Shown here: positions 1 to 15,120 of the stretch, piece after piece
Numbering within the stretch: position 1 is the stretch's first letter
How the letters are laid out: each line of letters begins with the position of its first letter
Assembly (NCBI RefSeq): GCF_009914755.1
Contig: NC_060940.1
DNA from: the human T2T-CHM13v2.0 reference genome, Homo sapiens
Length of the DNA stretch: 64,000 bases
Direction: 5' to 3' (one strand)
Translations under genes and position numbers: made by a program
The notes under the pieces: model-generated
Told to the model about the DNA's origin: nothing
Database searches by the model: none
What the model saw: the letters and a program-made list of their open reading frames with translations, nothing else

Positions 1-904
1 TCTCCACGGTCCTCAGTGGTCCCCTCTGGGCAGAGAGAGGACGAGGCTCCACTTCACACTGGGCCCGCCTGCGTTTTCCCACAAGGAGCAGAGATGGCGT
101 GTGCAGAGTGAAGACGGATTATGAATGAAGGAAGGAACTGCGCACAGATCCTCCCCCCATGACTGCGGCGGCCCTCGAGGCCCCTTAGGGGTTCAAGGCC
201 CCCATGTGGGGAACACCCAGTTAGATGCCCTCAAAGACCCCCGCCCCTCCAACAGCTGGCGACCTTTCACCCGGCTGACCAGAGGGAAGACCACCAGGGA
301 AGTGGAGGATTGCCAGCGAGGGTCAGGCCCCAGGGGGGCAATGGCATTTCCAGGAGGGGGATTCTGGGGGGTCTCGGGCAGGAAGGGAGGGAGAGGCGGG
401 CAGGAAGGGCTGGGAGGCTGGACAGAGGAGAGCGAGGGGACGAGGGGCACAGGGGGCGCAGCTATTGGGGGTTGCAGGGAGGAGGCTGGGTCGGAAGGGG
501 CCGTCCATGCAGCTCTAAAGTCCCCGAAGCTTTCTTCTGTCTCCCCTGTCCTTTATTTGAAGCAATAAACAAGGGGAGGGAGAAGGCAAGAAAAGAAAAG
601 AAAGAAACGAAGATGACAGAGATAGGGAAGGGAACAGAAAGATGCAGGCACAGGACAGGGACAGAGACAGAGAGGCAGAGGCAGAAGCAGAGGCGAAAGC
701 ACACAGAGGCTGAGAGGATCCTGTCAGAGCTAGGAGGAGCCATAGGGCCATCTGCCCATAGAGCCGCCGAGGCCGTCACAGAAACCTTCAGACGGGCCCT
801 AAACGCAGAGACCCTGGAAACGTTCAGAGTAAGCACCGGTCGGTCAGTCCGGGTCAGAGTTATCAGGAACAGCACAACCAAACCAGGCACAGAGAGCCCC
901 TCCA

Positions 905-1500
905 CTCTCCCTCTCTCCCCATCCCTCTCCCACTTTCCCTCTGTAGCTCTCTCCCTCTCCCTCCTCTCTTCCTCTCTCTCCCCGCTCCCTCTCTCTCCCT
1001 CTCTCCCTTTCTCCCTCCTCTCTCTGCCTCCCTCTCTCCCTTTCTCCCTCCTTCTCTCTCTGCCTCCCTCTCTCTCCCTTTCTCCCTCCTTCTCTCTCTG
1101 CCTCCCTCTCTCTCCCCGTCTCTCTGTCCCTCTCTCTCTCCCTCCATCTCTCTCTCCCCCCTTCCCTCTCTCTCTCCCTCCTTCCCTGTCTCTCTCCCTC
1201 CTTCCCTCTCTCTCTCCCTCTCCCTCTCACTCTCCGTCTCTCTCCTTCCATGTCTCTCCCTCTCCCTCTCTCTCTCCCTCTTCCTCTTTCTTCTCTTATG
1301 AATCTCTCTTTTTCTACCTCTCTCCGCTCTCCCTTTCTCTCCCCTCCTCTCTTTCTCCCTCTTTATCTCTCCCTTTGTCTCCCCTTCTCTCTCTCCCCAT
1401 CTCTCCCCCCTCTCCCTCTCTCTCTCCCTCTGTCTCTGTGTGTCTCTCCCTTTCCGTCCCTCTCCCTCTTCCTCCCCACCCCCACCCCCCTTCCCCCCAT
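905..1500 (+). repeat. CT-rich polypyrimidine low-complexity tract, preceded by a purine-rich tract at ~560-710
   Basis: Almost pure C/T (ctct, ccct units). Confidence 0.95.
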
Positions 1501-1874
1501 TGGTCTCCTGGGTGAGGAGGGGGGCTGATGGAATGCTGTTTCAGGCCAGAGGGTTCCGAGGGCGGAAGGAGGGCACCCACAGCAGGTTCGATGGCAGAGG
1601 CCTCTACTCGTTAGGCCTCCCTGGGCCTCACAGCACAGCCCCAATTACGGTTTCGTGTGTCATGCTATTTTGATTCATGTTTCCTGTCTGGAAAACAGAC
1701 TGGAGTGTTGGGCCCTGGGCCAGGACAGGGGCCGGGAGGGCAGGGGCAGGAACCTGCCCGGTCACTGACCAGAGCCCACTGCAGGAAACGGGAACTTTCC
1801 AGGGAGGCAGAACTACAGTCCCTGCCCCACCCCCACAAACAGCCTGAATGCACACAGGGAGGGGGACACTGCTG

Positions 1875-2290
1875 ACCTCTGGCTTGGAGCTGAGTTCAAA
1901 TCCTGCCTTGCTCAGCCACCCCTTCCAGCCGTGCAGCCTCAGCCCCTCATCCTCCCTGCTGGCCTTGCTGGTCTCATCTGTAAATGGGAAGGCACAGCAT
2001 TGCCGTGGGTGCACGTGCAAAGTCCCTAAGGAAGCCTGGCACATGCGTGGTTTGTTTTGTTGTCACCCGTATTCCAGTTGTCACTTTAGGGCAGGCGTGA
2101 GGCTGGAAAGCGGGAGGAGGAGGCACGGCAGGTGCACAGAGTGTCGGCTCAGTGACCACTGTTCTCGTCTGTAAATGGCTTTGCACCAACACCTACGTCA
2201 TGGAGTCCTCGGGCAGTCAATGGGTCCATCCATGTGCAGGGCTCAGAAGAGCGCCTGGCACAGAACAGGTGCCACCAATGTGAGCTCCTG
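1875..2290 (+). mobile_element. Two degenerate MIR fragments
   Basis: gagttcaaatcctg...ctcatctgtaaatggg...gcctggcaca core and tail motifs. Confidence 0.6.
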
Positions 2291-2904
2291 CCATCATCGC
2301 CACAGCCCTCACTTCCATCACCATCGGAGGCCTGTGAAGCTCTGTGTGGGCCCCCACGGAGTTTCCAGAGCCTCCAGGGCGGACATCACATGCCTGCCAT
2401 GGGCACCTGCAGCAAGGGGCCACGGAGGTCTCCCCAGCAACACGAGTCCTTTCTCAGAGAGTCCCCAAGATGGTGGCACAACAGCGGGAAGACAGCCCCA
2501 CCCCTCCCTTCCCAAAGAAGCCAAGATCATCCAAGCCAGGATAAGCCCTCGGAGAACATGGGTGGGGGCCACAGCCATCTTCCTCTGATCAGTAACAGAC
2601 AAGCCCCGAGCTCCTTCACATGCCAGACAGATTCAGGGGGCAAAGACAGGCAGCCCCTGCCCCCAAGGGCTCACCATCTACCTGAGGGTGCTGTGCCAAC
2701 AGCACAAGGTCATACCGGGTGTATTACTCATGGCCAAGGAATGGGACAAAGGCTGCACCCCCGCAACACAGAGACCAGGAGGAAGGCAAATGCACTGGGG
2801 GCTGTGCCCACAGCTGGGAAGCAGGACAGTAAATCAGCGCTGGCAATAATTTGAAGAAGAATCACATGTGTGTTGTTAAGTGAAGCAACCAAGGTGCAAG
2901 ATTG

Positions 2905-3240
2905 CAGATATAGACACACATATATGGACATGCACACGTGTGTACATGCGCATACATAAACATGCATGTACGTGCACATATAGTACACACTTGTGTACAT
3001 ATTCATATACATGCACCCATATATACAAACATGCATGTAAACGTGCTTGTGTGTGCATGCACACATACCTGAGCACACATACATGCGCACATATGCATAT
3101 ATACATACAGTACACCCATATATGCATACAGACAGACATATACATATGCACACATACATGCACACACAGATGCAGACACCTACATACACAGACACATATA
3201 TGTGTACTCATATATGTAATCACAGATACACAGATACATA
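2905..3240. repeat. Degenerate (CA/TA)n array
   Basis: cacatacatg-type units. Confidence 0.9.
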
Positions 3241-3371
3241 GGGTGTAAGAAAGGGAAGAAAAGAATCTGCTTGTATGAAACAGCCAAGTGTCTATCAACA
3301 GATGAATGGATAAACAAAATACGGCAGATTCAGACCACACAATATTATTTACCATAACTAGGAAGGAAGGA

Positions 3372-3654
<283 letters not shown>

Positions 3655-3922
3655 GGAAGGAAGGGCTGACACACATTACAACCTGGAGGAGCCCTGAAAA
3701 CACGACGCAGAGTGGAAGAGCCAGTCACAAAGGCCATGCAGTGCAGCTTCCGTTCCTATGGAATATCCATCAAAGGCAAATCGGTAGAGAGAGGAGGCAG
3801 CTTGGTGTTTGCAGGGGGCTGGGGATTCACTGTCAATGGGCAGGGGGATGTTACTTGGTCAGGGGTAAGGATGCTCTCAAGCTGACTTGGGGGGCGGCTG
3901 CACCACTTGGTAAAATTAGTAA

Positions 3923-4276
<354 letters not shown>

Positions 4277-5339
4277 TAAAATATCCCACAATCAAGTTGT
4301 TCTTAAAGAGACTCTGCTTCCTCCCCACCTGTGCTGTGTGGGCTCAGGAAGGGCCCCAGAGAAGCAGATCCCACTGAGGCTGCTGCCCTGTGAAGGGGGC
4401 CGGGGCCGGGTGGATCTATGGGAACTGAAGCAGAGCGTCTCAGGAGCCCATCCCGGCTTGACTTTCAACCTATGGGAATATTTGCCCATTCAGATTCACC
4501 AATTGTAGATAAGAACGAAATAATGTCCATCTGAGGGGGGATCGCATCCTCCACCTGGCCATCCCAGAACCCAGGACAGAGCGACGCTCCCCCAGTGCTA
4601 ACCCAGGAGTGGACCCCAGTTCTCCTGAGCCCTTCCAGTGCATATCATGGTGAGACCGGGTGGTGAAGCAAGGGGAACTCGTTGGTGCTTTATCTTCCCT
4701 TGCTCTAGGAGGGTAAGGACCACTGCCTTCAGTGACTGCCCTCCGATTTGCTGAGAGCCTCTAGGCACAGCAGTTGCAGCCACGAGCCTGGGTGGGAGGG
4801 CGTGAAACATCTTCACTCACTGAGCCCTCCTCATCACCATCCCCATGTTAAAGAAGAAAAAGCTGAAGTGGTGGAGCAGAGATCCAAACCAAACACCAAC
4901 AACCTGCCCGAGGATTTACAGTTCCAGGTGCCTCTGAAGGGAGCCCAGGGCTTTCTGGGCCTGTAGAGTTCGAAGGCACCAGGTAACTCCTGACTTAGGC
5001 CTCCTGCCCCACACTCTGCTCCCAGCACAGAAGTGGCCGCAGGCCCTTTACTCGTCTGCCCCTCTGGAGGAGCCAGAGAGAAACTGGGAGGCCCAGTGGG
5101 AAGCCCTTCTGCCCCAGTTCACCAGTGCCTCCCAGTCTAAACAAAACCACAGCCCAGAAGTCCCCAGCCCCTTTAATTAGACTCCCACTGTTCTGCCCAG
5201 GAGGACCTCAGACTTAACTGTACAATGTGTTAACCTCCTTGGCTATTCTTGAGCCAACAGTTTGGGAATATTTCACTAGAAAAAAACAATAGCCTTACAG
5301 TCCAAGGGTGGGAGTCAGACACAAAGAAGAAACGGATTC

Positions 5340-6170
5340 TTTTTTTTATTATTGGGATAAAATTCAGATACTATAAAAGTCACCCTTTTAAAGTATGCAA
5401 TTCAGTGGTTTCTAGTATATTTACAAAATTGTGCAACCATCAGCACTATCAGATTCCAGGACATTTCCATCCCCTCAAAAGAAACCCCATGCCCATTAGC
5501 AGTCACTCCCTATTCCCTCTCCTCCCGGCCCCTGCTTTCTGCTGTCTTTGTGGATTTGCCTCTTTTGGAAAACTCACATACGTGGACTCATGCAGTATAT
5601 GGCTGACATTGTTTGGACATTTGTCCCCACCCATATCTCATGTTGAATTGTAATCCCCAGTATTGGAGATGGGGCCTGGTGGAAGGTAACCGGATCATGG
5701 GGGTGGATTTCTCATGAATGGTTTAGCACCATCGCCTCAGTGCAGGTCTCAAGACAGTGAGTGAGTTCTCGTGAGATCTGGCCATTTAAAACTGTGGCAC
5801 CTGGCTCTCTCTCTTGCTCCTGCTCCAGACATGTGACAGGTGCCTGCTCCTCCTTCACCTGCCACCGTGATTGTAAGTTTCCTGAGGCCTCCCCAGAAGC
5901 CAAGCAGATGCCAGCACCACACTTACGGTACAGCCTGCAGAACTGTGAGCCAATTCAACCTCTTTTCTTTATAAATTACCCAGTCTCAGGTATTTCTTTA
6001 CAGCAATCCAAGGATAGTCTAATACAGTGGTCTTTCGTGACTGGCTTCTTCCACTTAGCCTGATGTTTTCAAAGTTCATCGATGTTGTAGCACTTCATTC
6101 CTTTCCATGTCTGAGTATTAGTCCACTGTGTGGATAGGCCACATTCTCTTGACTCATCAGTTGCTGGAGT
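5340..6170 (-). mobile_element. L1MB-like 3' end, split by an MST LTR
   Basis: tttaaagtatgcaattcagtggtttctagtatatttacaaaattgtgcaaccatc; resumes at gtggtctttcgtgactggcttcttccacttagc. Confidence 0.8.
5604..6026 (+). mobile_element. MST-family (MSTA/MSTB) MaLR solo LTR
   Basis: atctcatgttgaattgtaatcccc...aacctcttttctttataaattacccagtctcaggtatttctttacagca...ctaataca. Confidence 0.9.
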
Positions 6171-6577
6171 GGTGGGCTTCAGCTGAGCCTTGGGGTGGGG
6201 GTGGGAAGGTTCTAGGAAGGAGGCAGCAGGCAAAACTCCAAGGTGGGTACAGGCGTGGTCCCCAGACCACGGGAGACTGTATGAGGGAGGGCTCTCAGGC
6301 CGCCAACACTGAGCGCCCTCTGCCAGCTGCACCACCTGGTGTCCATCCATGATGACAGCTGCTTGGCCATAACACCCGCCCAACAGAGCACTGAGACACA
6401 GGGCAGGTCCAGGTAAACTCGCCTCAGTGTGTCCACTTGTCGCCGAGGTGTCCACTTAAAGGGACACCCAGAGCTCTCATGAGCTTTTTCTCTCGAATAT
6501 CTACAAGAATATTCTGCGTAGTAAAAATCCAACCCAAAGATCAGCCCAATGCAGAAAAGTAACCCCTGGAAACGACC

Positions 6578-6960
6578 TTTCATGCACTCATTCCCTCCAA
6601 TCTTTATCGTCATGTGCTACATGCTGAAGATGCAGCAGCGGGCAAGAGACTGCAGCCCCTGCTGTTACAGGGTTCACAGTCTGATGGGGGAGCCAGATGT
6701 TAGACAAATAAAAACTCATGCTGCAAACCACAATGGGAGCTGCTAAAGTGACAGGAGGTAAAGACAGAAAGCACTGAGGAAGGGGAGGACCTGCCTTGGA
6801 TTGGATGGTCAGGAAAGGGGGATTTAGGCCAAAAAATGGGGGATGAAAATGAGTCGACCACGGAAAGGGCCAGGGGTGTTCCAGGCAGAAGGAATATGTG
6901 TGTGTGGAGGTGTTGGGAGGGGGTCTCAGATGGGAAAGAGTTGCACTGAGACACTGATGG
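6578..6960 (-). mobile_element. L2 3' fragment
   Basis: ttcatgcactcattc...gttcacagtctgatgggggagccaga...ttccaggcagaagga. Confidence 0.6.
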
Positions 6961-7180
6961 GCAAGGCAGGGGAGGCGCAAATGAAGTGAAAGCCAGAGGC
7001 GCCATCGTGGGGCATTTTCCCATGGAGATCTGAAGCGGGAGGGGCCGTGGGTGCAGGAAAGGTGGGGAGTGGGGTCCAGGGTCCCTGGAGTTGGATAATT
7101 CCCTTTCTAACATGTTAATCTCTTTATTTGGATTACTATTCATAAAATGAAACGACATACCTGTCAAAAATATAAATTGA

Positions 7181-7603
<423 letters not shown>

Positions 7604-7869
7604 TTATATTTGTTAGTAACATACAAAATGAACTGCCCAAGCGCAAAAGGACTTCCGGGGTGCACTATTTATCCCCATGGCTCCCTGCATGGGGCTAGCT
7701 TGGAAATGCCATTCGTGCACTGTTGACTACATTCGTCCATCCATCGCTTCGTTCATTCAACAAGCCCATGAAGCCACAGGGACAAATTCACGGGTAAATA
7801 TAGCAATGATACAACTAAGTGCTGGACCGGCCTGAACAAGCCGTTGGATTTAAGGAATCTGCAGAGCAC

Positions 7870-8060
7870 AATGACTGGATGAGTTTTGGAATCGGGCAGA
7901 CCTGGATTCAAACTTCATCAAATGCTCCCTGTGCAATGAACCAGCTGCCTGCTCTCCCCGGGCTCCCGTTAATGGGTCCATAAAAACCTACCCCACAAGG
8001 GGGCTCCCATTGTTAAAGCAGCCAGTTCCAGAAAGCAGCTGGCACAATCCCTGGCACGCT
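7870..8060 (+). mobile_element. MIR
   Basis: ttggaatcgggcagacctggattcaaac...cctggcac. Confidence 0.55.
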
Positions 8061-8739
8061 GTAAGAAGAGGCCGGGGCCACTATTGTTGCTGTAAAATAA
8101 AGATATTTTTGCTTAAAATAGAACAAGAGCAAATAGACCAAAATGTTAACAAAATTTACCCCTAAGTGTTAGAATCACATGATTTTTACCGTCTTAAAGA
8201 TAATGTTCTGAATTGCCCACATTTTCTACCATCAACATGTAATTTTTACGGAATGCGAAGGAGCGAGTTGAGAGTTTTTTAGATGGAATCCATTGCATCT
8301 GACAGTCCTGACTCCGCTGCTTGGCCGGAAAGCGCGCAGCAAAGGACCGCAGGAGTCAGCCTCGGCTCCTCCCAGGCCCCAGGGAAAGCAGCTCACAATG
8401 CTGCCGACACCCAAAGTGAGGACTCTTTCTTTCCATGACTCCTCAAATCCCGCCCTAGTGAGCCGCGGGGGGTCTGCTGGGGCAGCTTGAAGGTCAAGAC
8501 CAAAATCCCACCTAGAGAGAAAGTCCGGCTGTGGTTGGCACCTGGCGGCCCACCTAGGAGGGACGGTGGACCTGGAGGCCACAGAGCCGAGGCCCACCGT
8601 CCTGACCAGCCAGGAGGCATGGGCACCCGCCTCTCACCACGGGGCTCCCTCCGTGTTGAAGATGTCCCCAGCACACAGGGACGCCCAGGACGACCTCCCA
8701 GGAGGGCCAGGGTCGAGGACGCTGTGCGATGACCCAAGG

Positions 8740-9010
8740 GCAGAGCGCTGTTTCCGTGTGTTTTATGAGCCTCGCAATCCCTCCTCCCCTCTAAGCCGGT
8801 GCAAAGATCCTTATTTAAACTATAAATTGAATTAAAACTCATATTTAATATGCAGTTATGGTGCGGTTAATGGTTTTATGGGCCAGGCTGTTGCCTTCCT
8901 ATTGCTTACAATGTTGTCCTTTACGTTTGCCAAAACCAGGCTGCTCGAATGACCGAGCGGACGCCAAGTTATTAACAATTATTACCTTTTACAGTCATTT
9001 TTGGCCCTGG
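8740..9010. promoter_or_regulatory. Putative enhancer (Hox/Cdx/Sox motif cluster) within CpG-enriched unique DNA
   Basis: TTTTATGA at 8761, TTTTATGG at 8874, ACAATG at ~8908, TTTACG at ~8920, several TAAT/ATTA cores; no recognisable repeat. Confidence 0.45.
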
Positions 9011-9449
9011 CATGCTTTTTTGGTGGTCTCATAATTTCAAAACAGAGACCTTTGAAATCTTACCCCGAGACCAAACGGGCCTGCGGACGGCAATTCCTCT
9101 CTCCCCGCCGAGTCCGGCCCATTTCCCATTGTGAGCTGTTCTTCCGCCCACACACCCCCAGCAGGAGTTCCAGCCTATGCCACAGGCTGGCTTCCCGGAG
9201 GATGGAGCCCTCCCGGACACAGGGGCCCCTTCTCAGGGGCACACAGGACAGCCTGAGCCACACCGTTAGTAGGGGTGGACGACCTCAGGGGACTGGCCTT
9301 CCCAAGGTCACCCAGGCCGAGAGCCGAGGGCACACCATGGCCCTGTCACAAAACCACAGCCCTGTTGCCCTACACCAGCCACGACCCTCACAGAGCTTTC
9401 CTCAACCTTGCACATCTGGTCATGACTGTTAGCCACATTATTATACCTC

Positions 9450-10985
9450 ATGCATGTGTGATCTGGACACAGGGTAGACTTCACACGTGTGTGCATGTAT
9501 GTGTGTGTGCATGTGTGTGGGTGTGTGTACATGTGTGCATGTGTGTGGAGTGTATGTACATGTGTGCGTGTGTGGGTGTGTACATGTGTGCATGTGGGGA
9601 GTGTATGTGTGTGTACATTGTGTGGGTGTATTGTATGTGTGTACATGTGTGCATGTGTGTGGAGGGGTGTATGTGTATGTACACGTGTGCGTGTGTGTGG
9701 GTGTGTACATGTGTGCATGTGGGGGGGTGTATGTGTGTGTACATGTATGTGTGTGGGTGTATTGTATGTGTGTGGGTGTATTGTATGTGTGGGTGTGTGG
9801 GTGTGGGTGTATTGTGTACATGTGTGTGGGTGTATGCATGTGTACGTGTGGATGTGGTGTGTGTACATGTGTGCATGTGGTGTGTGTACATGTGTGCGTG
9901 TGTGTGGTGTATGCACGTGTACGTGTGCATGTGGGTGTAGGTGTAATGTGTGTGTGGGTGTACGTGTGTGTACATGTGTGAGTATGGATGTATGTGTGTA
10001 CATGTGTGTGGGTGTATACGTGTGCGTGTACGTATGCATGTGTGGGTGTATTGTGTACATGTGTGCGTGTGTGGGTGTATGTGTACATGTGTGCATGTGT
10101 GGGTATGGGTGTGTGTGTACATGTGTGCACGTGTGGGTGGGTGTATGTGTACATGTGTGCGTGTGGGTATATGTGTGTGCATGTGTGCATGTGTGGGCAT
10201 GGGTGTATGTGTACATGTGTGGGTGTGTACATGTGTGCATGTGTGCGTGTGGGTGTATGTGTATACATGTGTGCATGTGGGGGTGTATTGTGTGTACATG
10301 TGCGTGTGTGTGGGTGTGTACATATGTGCGTGTACGTGTGTGGGGGGCTGTATGTGTGTACGTGTGGGTGTGGGTGTATGTGTACGTGTGTGGGTGTATT
10401 GTGTGTACATGTGTGGGTGTGTACATGTGTGGGTGTGCATGTGTACGTGTGTGGGTGTGTGTACATATGTGCGTGTGTTGGTGTACATGTGTGCGTGTAG
10501 GGGGTGTGCGTGTGTACATGTGTGCATGTGTGTATTGTGTATGTGTGTGGGTGTATGTGTACGTGTGTGTGTGGGTATACATGGGGTGTGGGGGTGTGTA
10601 TACATGTGTGCGTGGGGGGTGTGGGTGTATGTGTGTGTACATGTGTGCGTGGGGGGGTGTGGGTGTATGTGTACATGTGTGTAGGTGTGTGTACATGTGT
10701 GCATATGTGTGCACGTGTGAGTAGGGGGTTTGGATGTGTACATGTGTGCGTGTGTGGGTGTGTCTGTACATGTGTGCCTGTGGGTGTGTGTACATGTGTG
10801 CCTGTGGGTGGGTGTGTGTGTCCATGTGTGCGTGTGGGGGAGTGTATGTGTGTACATGTGTGCATGTGGGGTTCTATGTGTGTGTGCGTGTGCATGTGTG
10901 TGGGGTGTGTGTACATGTGTGCGTGTGTGGGTGTATGTGTACGTGTGCATGTGTGTGGGTGTATGTGTGCATGTGTGCATGTGTA
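9450..10985. repeat. ~1.5-kb degenerate (TG)-based minisatellite
   Basis: Recurring gtgtacatgtgtgc(a/g)tgt units, almost pure RY alternation. Confidence 0.97.
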
Positions 10986-11549
10986 GACATGACAGAGCTC
11001 ATCATATGACCTCCAAGTTCTCAAAGCAACTTTTATTAAATACATCTTCCTTAATGGATTCTGCGTGCTTTAAATATGTACAAATATGTATATTTATTAT
11101 ACATATTTATATGTATATAACTTTTAGATATATAATATATACATATTTGTAAGGTATTACATAAATAAATATTATACAAAAACTACAATGGGGAAAAAAA
11201 AATAAAGTCCACATCATTCTTCCTTTTGGGTCCCACATCCTCCAAAATTGAATGGCTAGTTCTGAATTTTGAACCGAGGAGTGTGGGCAGGAGGCACCAG
11301 CTTCCCTAAGCAGAAAGCAGGCAGTAAATCACGAGGACGGGGTCTGAATGTTGTTGTTTATACCCCCTCAATATCTCAGTGGGAAAACTATAGGTGTTTA
11401 GAAGCCCAAGGGCATGTCCCAACCCGGTGGGACCGGACATTGCTTCTCATTCCTGGCCTCACAGCTCTGCCCACATGTGAGGTCCACAGTGAGCCGCTCA
11501 CCAGCCCCCACATTAGTGGCAGGCACCCATCAAAACACCTCAGTCTGTC

Positions 11550-12047
11550 AAGGGATGAGCCAAATGTCCACAGCAGCATGATTCCTAATAGCCTCACAGT
11601 GGAACAAGCCCCATGTCCAGCTGATGAACAGATAAATAAAATGAGGTCTCTCCACACAGTGGAATATGATTCAGACACGAAAGGAAATGAAGTTCTGGCA
11701 CAGGCCGCATCGTGGATGAACCTTGAAGCCATGATGCTGAGTGAAAGAAGCCAGTCACCAAAAGCCGCATCGTGTGCAAGTCCATTTCTCTAAACATCCA
11801 GGACAGGTTAATCCACAAGCACAGAAAGCAGAGAGGTGGCTGCCCAGTCTGGGGAGAGCGGGAAGTGGGAAGCGACTGCTCACCAGCTGCAGAGATTCTC
11901 TTTGTGATGATGAAAATGCCTGGGAATTACACAGTGGTGCTGATGGTACAAATCTGTGAATATGCTAAAAACTGCTGAATTACACACTTCAGATGGGTCC
12001 ACTGTATGCTAGGTGAATTTTATTTCAATCAGGCTTTTTAAAAAAAT
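11550..12047 (+). mobile_element. L1MB-like 3' end
   Basis: ggatgaaccttgaagccatgatgctgagtgaaagaagccagtcac...gtgaattttatttcaatc. Confidence 0.85.
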
Positions 12048-12574
12048 AGCTGGCTGCCACACCGCAAGTATCTCGAGCCCCTGCTGAAGGCCCCGCAATT
12101 CCAGTGCCTGGGTGGCCCCGAGGTTGGCCGAGGTTTCCTGGGTGGCCATTACCCTACCACAGGCACATCGGATTCCTGGAGAGACAACCCAAAGTACAAG
12201 GGGTTTCTGCAGAATGACACCAGCTGGGTATTAATTTCTTAGGGTTCCTCAGGAGAATCGCCTCTGCTTGGATTCTGCTCCGCAGTGCAGTTGCTCCTCT
12301 GCAATGCAACTTGTTTTCTTTGGTTCCAGACTGGCCACCCCATGAGCTGAAGCTGTAGGCCTTTGGGAAAAAGCTGGAAGCTGCTGTTGAGCTGTAACAC
12401 AGCAGTGAGAATGCAGGCTTTGGAGCTGTGTTTGGAAAGTAGGTGTGTGTATGGCTTTAACTCTGTGTTTTTAAGCGTTAGTGAGACCCTTTCATCTGCA
12501 TTAGCCCAGTACCTGAATGGCTGTACTGAGAAAAGCCAGCTTCATTCTACAGAAGATAGCCTAAAAGAAGGAGC

Positions 12575-13060
12575 TGTGGACAATTAAAATGGACACAAAG
12601 TCTTTGCTCTTCCTCCCTTTGAGAGGCAGAGTCTAATTCTTCTCCTCTTGAATCTAGGCCATCCTAGATTGGCCTAGTTGGTTGGCCAATGAACTGTGGC
12701 AGTGATGAGTTGGGATATCCAAGGACTGATCCTAGGCAGGCTTCCACCTTCAGTATTTTCTGTGAACACACTGAAGGAACCTTGAGCTGATACGTAAGAA
12801 GTTCACCCACTCTGAGACCACCCTGCAGAGGCCATCTGTAGGTGACAGCAGCTGAGCCAGTCTTCCAGCTCTCTTTGCCAAGGTGCCAGAAATGAGACTA
12901 AAGCAGCCTTGGGACCCTCAGAATAATAACCCATCTGTCAGCTGAATATCACCAAGTGACTTCCATCCATGTGACAGAGAGCAGAAGAATCACCCAGCTG
13001 AGCCCTGTCCAATTCCTGACCCACAAAATCAAGATACAGAATTAAATGTTTTACTCCTAA
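12575..13060 (+). mobile_element. MLT1-family MaLR LTR
   Basis: tgtgg...aaaatggacacaaagtctttg...cctcttgaatctagg...cagctgagccctgtccaattcctgacccacaaaat. Confidence 0.75.
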
Positions 13061-13097
13061 TTCCCGCTACCCAAATTCCTGTCACCGTGTTACCTTG

Positions 13098-14315
<1,218 letters not shown>

Positions 14316-14759
14316 TCATAAGACCCTGTAGACACTGTAATCCTGTATGCACAGGGTAAAATCAATTGACAAAATATGTCTTTGACTTGCCCGGAGCACA
14401 CTTTGGCTGTCATCCTTACTGCCTAACTGCTGTGTGACCCAGAGCAAATCAGGCCCCTCTCTGAGCTCTGGCTTACTTGTCTGTACTAAGAACACCTTCC
14501 AGGGGACTCAAAATCCCTAACAAAAAGCAATCATGCTCTTTCCTTGGGGAACCCCCGGAAGATGGTATTTTGGCCCCTGTTCATGACAGGTCCTTCCATA
14601 CAAAAGCCAGGGTGAGAAAAGGTCTGGGCACTGGGAAGGAAAAGAGAAAGCTTCCATCTTCATCCTTAGAATCAAAAAGCACCATTTCCCATTCACCCAT
14701 GTTAAAGACGGAAAAGAAGAAAAAAAAAAATTCCACAGCACATGAATGCCTCAGAAGAC

Positions 14760-15120
14760 ACAATGCAAGGCCGCTTCTGGAGAGAAAAAGTGGGGGGATA
14801 AATCGGGCTTTTCAGCCCGCGAATAAAAAGTGTCCTTTAGCAGGCGATAATTATATACAGGAAGGCAATTAAAGTTTTAATAATTTAATTACCTTCCTGC
14901 AAACCCATCAAGGGAAAATGTGGAGTGAAAACATTGTTGAGGGCCAGCAGCCGCGATGAGGGGATCAAAGGCTGTGAGACAGCTCAGCTCTGAAGCAGTT
15001 GACACATTAATTTTTACGGGCTGACCACCGTTATTAATAGAAGAAACTAGATGGAAGTATTTTTCCACGGTGGGGGGGACCACATCGTCATTTGATTCCT
15101 GATGTTACAGCAAACACAGT
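14760..15120. promoter_or_regulatory. Putative enhancer with TCF/LEF and Hox-type motifs and a palindrome
   Basis: GATCAAAGG at 14963, TAATTTTTACGG at 15008, inverted repeat at 14858-14899, retained CpGs. Confidence 0.5.

Noticed and set aside
310-1515. 401-aa ORF
   Set aside because: Its length comes from stop-free GA- and CT-rich low-complexity tracts; no recognisable domain.
9308-11045. 500+ aa His/Thr- or Cys/Val-rich ORFs on both strands
   Set aside because: Artefacts of the (TG)-based array.
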